Below are positions 53,226 to 64,000 of a DNA stretch of 64,000 nucleotides, piece after piece. The stretch's first letter is position 1, and every line of letters begins with the position of its first letter. The DNA is from Epiperipatus broadwayi (taxonomy: Eukaryota > Animalia > Onychophora). The notes beneath the pieces were generated by a model. That model did no database searches. It was given only the letters and a program-made list of their open reading frames with translations, and was not told where the DNA came from. The DNA lies in the NCBI GenBank assembly GCA_028023455.1, contig JAQFVV010000005.1, positions 806,001 through 870,000 of the forward strand. The letters run 5' to 3'. Made by a program: the position numbers and the translations under genes.

Positions 53226-55599
53226 TTTTTAATGGGACATACTATTTATGTATTCATAACATATGTATATGGGTATGAGTATATGTATATACATGTTGAA
53301 AACATGTATAACATATATATATACATATAAATTCTGTGCATGCACAGTGAATAAAATAAACTTAAAATATAAAGAATTTACAGATAGGAGGGAATTTGTG
53401 TAATTTTTTCTTCTTGCTTGTCTACATAAGAGATTTATACGAAGCACATTTAAATTAAAACATTTAAATCTTTTTTAAGTCTAATTTTATTGGCCTACAT
53501 TGAATAAAATCTTCCTTAAGTTTAATTTCAATGGCTTGCAGTGAATATACATACATAATGTTAAAACCTTGCTTATCCATTATTGTCTTACCTTTATAAA
53601 TTCTTGGCTATTTTTTAACAGTAGAGAATTTATTATAAGATCTTGCAGTTTTTCTTAAGCTTTACACTTTACAAGATATTGAAACTATTTTCTAAATTTA
53701 TTAAGTTTCTTGAAAACTAAAAAAATGTATTTCATGTTAAAAATATTTAGAAAAATGTTTATTTTTTAAATGATGCAAATCATTCACAATTAACTAATTC
53801 ATTGGATTATTTATTATTAATAAGATAATTGTATCTGAGGATTTCTTGTTCCTTGATATATGAATTTGATATCTCTGATAAAAATATATTTATCAGCATT
53901 GTGGGATTGCATTTAGAAATAGCATGAATATATTATCCAAAAATATATGTTTAAAGTAGTTATGCTTTGGGTTGTTTTCTCTCTCTCTCTATATATATAT
54001 ATCTTATAAAGAGAACAGCTTTAATCTTTTCCCCAGGCATGTTTAGAGCACTAGTGGAAAAAGTTAAAGCCTTTCTCTTTACAATTACATACTGGCTGTA
54101 TGGTTGACAAATAATTAGAACATTATATATTTATTATAAAAATCATAATATTTTAATAACTGTAAATAATCATAAACTAATACCATATATTCTTTTGGTT
54201 TTGTTTTGGTATTCAATCATTAGTTTATTGATGTTGTTATAAATAAGGAATAAATATGTACATTACTTTTGTGTACAGCATTTCAATTTCATATCATTAA
54301 AGCTATGATTATTTATAGTAGACTGACATTTCATTTGGTATTTGGAGATAGTTAAAAATAAGGCACTACTTTTATCTTCTGAATGGTTAAAAAATAATTC
54401 CAGATTATTTATATTCTACATAAATCAAACTAATATACAGATTTCGCTCTGATTTATAACAATATCAATAAACTAATACCAACAAAAGTAAAAGAAAAGA
54501 TGTTATCATTCTATGCTTTTCTTAATTTATTGACATTTGACTATTAATTTATAATAGGTCATTGCAGCCAATTTCATTTCAATTTAATGTTTTAACAATA
54601 ATAAAAATCTACTTTAAAAGTAGTTTAACAATATTTCCAATGGAATTTAGTGTAAAAAATAAAACTGATTCTGAAAAAAATAAAACTTAGAATCATTTAA
54701 AATCTATTTTTGGAATAAAATAGAAAAATTGTGGTGAATAACAATGTAGTTAGTGATGTTTAAAAAACAACAACTAAATACATATATGTAAAAAAAAAAA
54801 AAAACAGATATGCATAAATATGTTATTATGCAAAAAATTTCTGATATGTATGAAGTTTATAGAATGTGTGTAAAATATTCTAAATTTGCATCATACCCTT
54901 TTCAAGGTAAATAATAATTTCAACTTAACAATACGAAATAGAGGAAAGGGGAACATTTTTCTTTAATTCACAAGCACTAAATTAATTTATTATACCAATT
55001 AAAGTTAAAATAAAAAAAATATCTTTTCTTATTTTATTTATTAGCACCAAAATAATATTTCATTAATTTAAAAATTGTTAATTCCAAGGCAGCAATTGGT
55101 TTCAAAACTATTACAAGTATGATATTTTAAACAATATACATTATATATATATATTACTATGACAATGATGCTCTTTAAATATGTATCATTCAAAAATGTT
55201 CTACTGTTCACATAACAATGAAGATTTAGTGATTTTTCTAACTTACATAAAAACAGAGAAGTTCTAAAAAGTTGTAGAATGAAGGAGTTGTGTGATCATG
55301 TGCATAATTGTATATATATATATATTATATTTAATGTTTTCACGGTTATATGAAGTAAATAAAGTAGTTACATTTTGTTAATTCACATATTCTGCATGCT
55401 CAACTACTTCACACTCAATCTCATTTTTTACTTTGCACCCAATCTCGTTACTATTTGAGATCTAGCAGTTTTTCTTTGCAATGCTATTTTGTTAAAAGGT
55501 TGGGAAGTAAACAAAAACAACACATGGTTTAATCCCAAAAACTACTTTATTTAAATATATTTAAAAACTTGAGCAAATTTCCACAACATAGATGAAGTA

Positions 55600-56311
55600 T
55601 TATTAAACAGTTTTAGTACTCTATGCCCTATCTCCATATACAATCATTATTAAAAGGGAGGAGCCATATTAATCCAGCAATCCTTTTCAATTCTTTTTAT
55701 GTTGGTCTATCTTCCAGCTCTTTAGATCTTCAAACAACTTTTTTCTCTCATTTCTTTTCCTTTTTATATCGTTCATAGATTTTTTTTTAACATATCCCTC
55801 ATGATTCTTCTGCCTCTAAGTATATGACAAATTTCTTTTTTGCATAATGATTTCCTTAAGTCTCTTTTAATTTCTCTCTTCAGCACTTTAACATTACAAA
55901 TTTTCCAAATGATTTTTTTCCATTCTCCTACATATCTATAGCTTAAAAGTCTTCAAACTTTCTACATTCCATTTTCTAATCATTGAAATCTTTGCTACAT
56001 AAAAAGCTATATTCCAAACAAAAAATATTTAGTAACTTTTTTCTTACTTCTAATTTTCTGCCTCTAAGTATATGTCAAATTTCTCTTCTGCCTAATGATT
56101 TCCTTAAGTCTCTTTTCATTTATTCTTTTCTGCATTTTAACATTACAAATCTTCCAAATGACTTTTCCCCCATTTTCCTACATATCTATAGTTTCAAAAT
56201 CTTCAATCTTTCGACATTCCATTTTCTAATCATTGACATCTTTGCTCCATATAAAGCTATATTCAAAATAAAACAAATATTTAGTAAGAATTTTTCCTTC
56301 TAATTTTCAAG
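55600..56311 (-). mobile_element. RTE-type LINE 3' part, with a 248-bp tandem duplication
   Basis: KMECRKIEDFE and related post-RT motifs; unit tctgcctctaagtatatg... starts at 55809 and 56057. Confidence 0.65.
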
Positions 56312-58536
56312 TGTAACGAGCATAGACGTTCGTTACATTGTTTTTTTTTTTTAAATTTATTAAACATGAAAGTAAATTAAAAAGTTCGCATTTAAAAATT
56401 TTCTTTAAGAATTAAAAATTGAAATTAAATATCATCTTAAACTCTTATATATTAAATCGCACAGATAATGAAAAATTATTAAAATAAAACTTTATTAAAG
56501 AAAAAGTATTTTAAAACTAAATTTTAAAAAGATTTGGAGATGAAATTATATCTTTAAATTTATCTTTAAATATATTTTTGATTTGGAAAACAGGTTAATT
56601 AATCAGAAATGGAAATGATTGTTAATTAGTTAAATGTAAACCAGCCTTCGGTATTTAAATGTAAAAACACCGGTCAGATAGGAAAACAATAGAAACTGTT
56701 AGCAAATAAGAAGAAATCCCTATGGAATCGGACCGCAGCGAAAGGACCATCGCATCGGTGACGTAATGTAAATTCAATCCTTCACATTAATATAAAAGGA
56801 AAATTTGGAAATTATTAATCAGTGACTGGAAATTGATTATTACGATGTGACTATATGTAGTAGTACGGAGATGGAGGGGTTGACAGACGCACGGTCAATT
56901 CTTTCAGCTGTTAAAGAAGGGAGAAATGAACTATCGTTTCCTACATTGAGGACCAACTAAATTAAAAAACCTCCGAATGAATAAATAAAACAACGGCTAA
57001 ATGGATACCAATTTTAGGACGGTGTGGGAATTTACGTTCATGGCAAGCAACGGATAAAGTTGGACGTTTTAAAAATCATAAGAACTTATATATTCACTTG
57101 AAACAATAAGAACTCTAAATTTTAAAACTTTTTAGTAAATAATGCAATAGAATCCTATCTGACCAAACTAAATTCTTCATTAATAATGTTATTTGATGTA
57201 TTTTTTTTCTTATTTATTTTGTAAAATCATTTCCATTTATTTATTTTTTGTTCTTTAAGTTTTATTATGATTGTTGTTTTCCGTTAAATTAATTATAAAA
57301 ATGTTAAACTTAAGTCGGGCGTGAATGGCTGTATAGATTTGTAAAGTTATATTAGGGGAGGGTAATCTTAGGTTATTTATGTCGTTGTTAGATTGGGTCA
57401 ATGGATTGGATATATTGATGTAGTTAGTAGATGTAATCGGAGATTCGCTACTGGCAGAATCATTTATATATACACCGCACTCACCCGTTTGCCTATGGAA
57501 GGAATTATAAGACGGAGAACGCAGTTCCTTTCTATGGAATTTTTTTTTTATTGTTCTTCTCGTTAGATAGATGTAATATTCCTATCTGATTGAGAGTCAA
57601 TGTCTTTCTTAATTCTTTTGGTGCTGCCGTATTTCGTATTACATTGAATACATCGATATATCAGATGGATTGATGACAGTTTGAGGCGAGTGCTCTTCCG
57701 ATCTAAGGTTAAATAGGGATAGAATATTTTAATTTCAATGCAAATCTATGTAGTATTCATACTCGATTCTAAATAAAAATGCATTAAACTTAAGTTGTTT
57801 ATAGACGCTTGCATGGATTGTTTATCGGTTAACTATGTTTTGCGTTTTCATATTTGATCAAAATATATAGACATTCGATAAATAATGATACCTTACGGTG
57901 AGTATCTAAAATGTATTTATTCGGATGTCTTTTAAGTTATTGGTGACAATGCAAGTATCTTATGATGAATACTATTGGGTTACGTAGAAATTTCCCTCCG
58001 CAATTGTCAGTAATCAATAATTTTGTATTTTGATCGTTTATGTTTCTTTTGAAATGTTTTTGACCGTGAAATCTATGTAACCGATCTATATTCAACATTA
58101 TAAACAAGCTTTCATAAATTTATATGTGCGAACTTAATTAAAATGTAAAATTAGAATATAATAGTAATTAAATGTAAATTAAAGTCAAAAATCAAAGTTA
58201 AAAAATAATGTTAAAATGTAAAACTAATACTAAAATAATTTTAAATCTTATATATATATGTGCATAAATAAATGTTTGTATGTTAATTACTGGCAGTGGC
58301 TTATTTTATTTATTTTTTAATGTTGAAATCTAATTAGATAAGATCTTATATTATTTAATCTCTGCTATTCCACTGAGCTAGTGACATGGGCTAACGACCG
58401 GATGCAAAATTTAAAAGGAAAAAAAAAAAAAAAAATTTTTTTTTTTTTTTGACTTTATAAATTTTTCTAGGTTCAAATGCCTAGATGGCGCCCCGTAGTG
58501 CAGATTACGTGAAGTCGCATTCTCCGGATCGTTACA
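56312..58536. mobile_element. Young 2225-bp TG...CA element with 8-bp TIR and 4-bp TSD (solo LTR of a Gypsy-type element or Ginger-like non-autonomous element)
   Basis: caag|TGTAACGA ... TCGTTACA|caag; the CpG-rich interval coincides with these ends; no ORF with transposon motifs. Confidence 0.6.
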
Positions 58537-58540
58537 CAAG

Positions 58541-60250
58541 GAACATAAAGTATAATTATATGATTTTAGTATTTTATGGTCTATTATTATAACATCATAA
58601 TCATCAGTATTACCAAAAACTTCTGAGAAAGTCAAAAACTGTATATCAATCCAGAGACTTTCCCATAGACTTTCTGTTTGTTGATCTAATTTTCAGAATG
58701 CCCTTCTTTGAAATCACATCAATCACCTTATTCCTTCTCTCATCTTTTTATTGTTTACAGATCCATCCATATCCTTCATAAATCATCTACTTCTAAACAT
58801 ATACCAAAGTTCTTTTCAGCTTTATGATTTTGTCAATAAATAACTTTGTTATTTATTTTATATCATTGCAAATCCTATATTTCCAACATCTTTTTCTTTC
58901 CTTTCCAAATCTCCATTCAAAAATCTCATCTTTTCACATCTTTTTTTATTTTATTAATCATTTATATCTTTGCTTTATTTAATGTTATATTCCAAGCAAA
59001 ATATTTAATAAATCTTTTTCTAATTTTAACTTTATCAGACTATGAAATAATTTTCTATCTTATCTATTTATCATCAGCAATTCACTACTTCTATTATCAA
59101 ACAAATTTAAATACTTAAAAGCATTAACTTGCTCTGAAACTTATCAAGACACTAATCTTAATCTTATATCATCACCAATAAATATCATATTTTACATAAA
59201 ATTCATCAACATTAATCAATATTTTATTATGTTGACTATTGGTATCTCCAAGCAATGTTGTTATCAGCAAATCTGATGCAAAGAATCTTCTAATTCCCCA
59301 ATGCTAATTCTGTCCATGTAACAACCATATTCATTAAAATAAATATCAAATACAATACAAATTAAAAAATACATCTATCTTATCTACATTTATCAGTTCT
59401 AAACATCACATGATCACCATTTTTTATGCTTGCTCATAACTGTTATTAAAACAAGCAAAACTCTCCATACAGCAGCGCCACTCAGTGCAAGCCAGAGTAA
59501 TCAATGGACGGAGAGCTTTGCCTGTTTTAATATCTATCAGTTCTGTGATAAGATTATTTAATTTTACAAATAAATTTTTTTGATTCTCATGCAAATTTTC
59601 TTCACAGTATGTAATAAAACAATCCAATTAATTTTATGAAAGCCTTTCCAAAATTGATTAAACAAATACTTATTTCCCTTCTCTCTGTTTCTTATTAACT
59701 CATATTACATCTCTTATTGCTTTACTCTTCCCAAATCAAAATTATTACTTTACTATAAAACAATACTTTCAATTAATACCATAGCTGTATGCAGCAGTAA
59801 ATTTATTTTTATGAAATTGTCAGATTTTATTAAACAATCTTTTCTCTGAAAAAAATATAACTATTGGAAAGAGGTGTACTGGACCTCCTATCTACATCTT
59901 TCACCAATAATCATCATCACCCCGTATTACATCTCATTCCTTTACTGTTTACAAAACAAAATGATTCCAGTAGGCACATCCTAATCTACTATAAACATGT
60001 TCTAAAATCCTTAGATCTTACTGCTATAAACTTTTTCTTTGAAGAAATTCCAACTACTGGAAAGAAACTTTCTACCCATTCTCCTGATAACTTTACAAAT
60101 ATTACCTCTCTTTAATCATTCCCTATCAGCAATTTAAGTAGAATTTATTAACACCCTGCACATAATCTGCCATCTCAGCTATAACTTTTACAGTCTCATG
60201 TTCCATCAGTGCATTGCATTTCATACTTATATAGGAATAAACTCTTACTT
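58541..60250 (-). mobile_element. RTE-type LINE upstream part (continuation of 55600-56311)
   Basis: Decayed LINE-like coding sequence on the same strand, with plausible RT-thumb continuity across the 56312-58536 insertion. Confidence 0.5.
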
Positions 60251-60714
60251 ATTCCACTTAATTGGTGTCATCTATTGTAAACTTGAGTTTTGAATTTCAG
60301 GTTGATAGTTTGAAAGTAAAAAAAAATGAGTAAAAGATAGCAGCTGAATGAAATATACATTAGATCTAAAAGATATATACAATACATTCAAGTTCAAACT
60401 TTCACTGATGAAAACTAGAAGCCATAAACTAGTTTTGTGGTGTAGATAATAACTCTGGATATGAATTTAATAACCACTACTACTAATATCTATTGATTAT
60501 TCAAGCTCTGAATAAACACCCAGTTGAATACAATAAGAGTTTGATTCTATAAAACAAAGAATAATCTAGGGATCATGTAATATTTTTTGATTCAAACTTA
60601 TGTATATATTTTTTGTATTAACACAGATATAGGCTTATTATTTCTATTATATAATATGCATACTCTTTCCATCTTTTCATTATAACCATCCTCTCTTCTA
60701 GCAACTACCCATTC

Positions 60715-61570
60715 ATTGATTGAATTAATAAAATAGTGTTGTTATCTTGGAAGTTCATAAATAATTTGAGCACAGAAAATTCCAGAACTAGAATCAATCA
60801 GGATCTTTTGTTCCTGAGTTTGACATTTAATCATTGTACTAAACCATGTAGGCAATAATAAAAATCAGTATTTTATTCAAACTGTGTTTGGACAGCTCAA
60901 CAGCTTTCAAAACAATTGTAAAGAAGATATAACTCTGAAAAAGGCTGCTACGCAGCCAAAACTATTCATATGAATGAGATGTTTAATAAAAAAAATGCTT
61001 GGTAATAAGTGAATATTTGGAATGATTTGTTATTATTATTATTTATAGAAAGCCTTAGGATTATTTTTTAAAACAAATTAATAAAAACCCATCATTCTTT
61101 AATTACTTTAACAATGATATCTTTTCCTTTTATTTTTCTATTCCATCAATCTAATGGTTTCGACTGATTAGTGGTCATCTTCAAAACTAATATATATGTG
61201 TGTACAAGATATATATATATAAGCTTATCTAATCATTACAAACAGTATAACCTATTATATATTGAATCTTTTTATATCCTATTACATTTTACTAAATATA
61301 TACTTTAAAATTTATACTATATTGGTATCATAATATAATTAAAGGCAGTAAGTTTATATCCTTTTAATATTTCTTACATATTAATATCACCATAAAAACA
61401 GTAATATACTTGACTTAATAAACATATAGCCATTTAGTATTTATTAATATTTTATTTTTACTTATTAAATTTCTATTAACTTTATTTATATATTGAAGTA
61501 CAGCACTTTTAATTCTATAACCTTTAAATTTAAATTTAATATTTTATTATTTCTAAACTTTTTTACTAAT
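60715..61570. repeat. Dispersed ~900-bp composite repeat, second copy
   Basis: Direct homologue of 9690-10620; contains a hammerhead relic at 60935-60966. Confidence 0.8.
60935..60966 (+). ncRNA. Degenerate hammerhead relic
   Basis: CTGAAAA-a-GGCTGC tac GCAGCC-AAAA-CTATT; perfect 6-bp stem II; the sister copy at 10090 keeps CCGAAACTATT. Confidence 0.4.
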
Positions 61571-62172
61571 TAAATAATTAATTATTCATACCATGACATG
61601 AGTGAAAAAGATGGATGTGATCAAGTTTTTATGTTCTTTAATTTTCACAATATTAACACTTTGAACTTTAATCCTTTTTTTTGTTGTTGTTGTTTATATT
61701 TTTCTTTAATATTTCAATAATAATTTTTTTTAAATTCTTTTGCTTACAATCTTTGCCTCATTTTAAAATCACCCAAACTCCATGTTTTAATTACATAAAT
61801 TAAATCAAATCAGTCCTTTAATTAAAGATTATTCTTCTTAAATGTAAGCTTACATTTAATATAGTAAAAATAATAACATGGTATTCATTTACTTAATCTG
61901 AACAAGTTTTTAAATTTATGTTATTCAGTTGAGAACCAATCTTGACTTTTAGCCTGTAATTCAATCACTGCACTAAACCACAGAGGGCATCTCATATCAT
62001 TTTGCATTTTATTATTAGTTGATTACATTGATTTTAATTAATATCAACGAGCCTAAATAAATTTTAAGATCACATATCAATTCCATTTTCTGCAAATTGA
62101 ATTTCATTTATTAATTACTGATTATAATTTACAGTTGTAATTATAAATTTATTAAACGCACATTGATTACGT

Positions 62173-62290
62173 AAGTAATATTTACTGAGGCTATAACCTC
62201 GATAATATGCGTATAAAACACCTGTAGAGATCCCTACTATCACATTTTATACGCATATTATCGAGGTTATAGCCTCAGTAAATATTACTT
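62173..62290. repeat. Perfect 46-bp inverted repeat with 26-nt loop
   Basis: Arms 62173-62218 and 62245-62290 are exact reverse complements; CpGs intact. Confidence 0.9.
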
Positions 62291-64000
62291 GATTAATAAT
62301 TTACATGGAAATTTGAAGCTAATTTTAAAAAATCCTATTAATCCTAGTGATTTATACTATTCTAAACTTTTTAAAAAATTACCAAAATAGCATAAAATAA
62401 TTCTTGAAGATACTACCATGACATATGTATCTAACGTGAAATTTTTCACTTTGCTGTAATTTTACGGAAGCTTGGAAATTTTACTAAACCTATAAGTTGA
62501 GCATGAATTAACATATGCTTTCTTATACTTTTTAAAACAGAAATTCCCATGTATATGGCTGAAAAGTATTTGAACTAATATTATAATCTACAATTCAATT
62601 CTATACAAACAAAAAAAAATACTAGTTGGCCTTATTTCTTCACTATATATTTTAAAACTAACCAGAAACTTTTCTAAACAAATTTATGATATTAAACCTA
62701 TAAAAATAAAACTCTGGTGAAGATATGTTGCAACAACCATGAAATGTCAACTATTTATTAAAAGATATCATACGATTATGGCACTCTGTATGATCTAGGG
62801 TGTTGATAAAATGGTAAATGCAAGAACCAAAGGAACATAGATCACAGGTCAACCCTATCAATTCTGGTGCTCAAGCAGCATATGATCTCCTGAGCAAGAT
62901 AGCATTTGATTAATTTAATTGGATAAAATAACATTCAATCTACTCTTAACATTTATATCAAATTAATAATCTCTACATGAAGTAAATCTTAGTTACTATT
63001 TCATAATATGCTTACAGACTTGATTAATGTTTTCTGAAGCTGACTTTATACCCTAAAGATTCAAATGCAGACAAAATAATTAATCAAAATAGCTTTTAGT
63101 CACACACACCAGAATTTTCCATTAAAAAATCATAAACAAAGATCTTTTATAAGAATTCAAAACATGAGTAGACATGGCATAAATATATAAACTAAATAGA
63201 CATATAGAAAAACGTATAAATGAAAATAAATGATCATAGAGATTCAAAAAACATACCTCATTTTTTTAAAGACAATTGATTTTCATAATACAAATATGTA
63301 TATTAATTATATAAGTATGTTACAAGTTTAAATTCTTAAATGACCTTTTTGACTTAGGTCTTATGAAAATTACATTGCATATTAATTATTTAATTGCATA
63401 ATTAATAATAACCTTGTACCTAATTGCTATTAAACACAGAATTGATCAATATTTGCAAAATAATAATAATAATAACAAAGCAAAAAAAAAATTAATGAAT
63501 CAAAAAAAAAAAAAACAAGATAATACAAAGACACTACAAGATGATAATGCAAATGGATAATGGAAAATTTTAATAATAAAATGCAACTAATGTTTTTTAA
63601 TTGTATATGTATAGTCTATTAAAATTGAAATTTTTAAAGAGTTGATAACATTGCTACCTATGGTGCCCTAACTAAAAAAAATGAAAATTTTTTTTTCAAT
63701 TTTACCATTTAAATATAACTGCCATGTTTTAATGGATTCTTTGGTGCTTGAAAAATGCATTGATAAAGTGACACGAAGGCTCTGTGTGGATTAGCATAGA
63801 AAGCTAAAGGGTCTTGGATCAAACCCAACCTATCATTTTCAGTGACTGAATGTCATATGATCTCTTGAGAAAATAATTATTCAATTATTTTTATTAGAAC
63901 TGATAGGAATAAAAATGAAATCTACTGCCTCTCAATATTCCTTTAAACAAACATGCACATTAAGAAAAAGGCCATATTAAATTTAATACAACGATAATTG

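Noticed and set aside
56312-58536. Plain CpG-island bidirectional promoter
   Set aside because: CpG richness ends at TG...CA termini with a 4-bp TSD inside a LINE, so a young insertion is the simpler explanation; promoter activity is kept only as a hypothesis.
54-60115. Remaining 60-106-aa ORFs in the track
   Set aside because: Low-complexity F/I/L/K/N-rich translations expected from AT-rich DNA, or frames of decayed transposons.

Overview
Very AT-rich, CpG-depleted eukaryotic (metazoan, probably arthropod) genomic DNA; the species cannot be determined from sequence alone. One protein-coding gene is well supported: a minus-strand nucleoredoxin-like 2 (NXNL2/tryparedoxin-type) thioredoxin with an intact WCPPC site. 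It has two coding exons (51732-51443 and 30156-30012) joined by a 21.3-kb phase-2 intron, giving 144 aa; its 5' UTR exon is not identified. The rest is a transposon landscape: decayed RTE-type LINEs, Penelope-like RT and GIY-YIG relics with degenerate hammerhead-ribozyme cores, a mariner, TA-, hAT- and TTAA-type MITEs, young tRNA-Gly-derived SINEs, a young 2.2-kb TG...CA element with a 4-bp TSD splitting a LINE upstream of the gene, a ~109-bp tandem array, and many long foldbacks including two perfect hairpins. The most notable points are the RdCVF-like intron and in-frame stop in the NXNL gene, the young TG...CA insertion, a hammerhead-containing 363-bp retrozyme-like unit, and the perfect-hairpin insertions. 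Alignments, counts and folds were done by eye; boundaries of decayed repeats are approximate.
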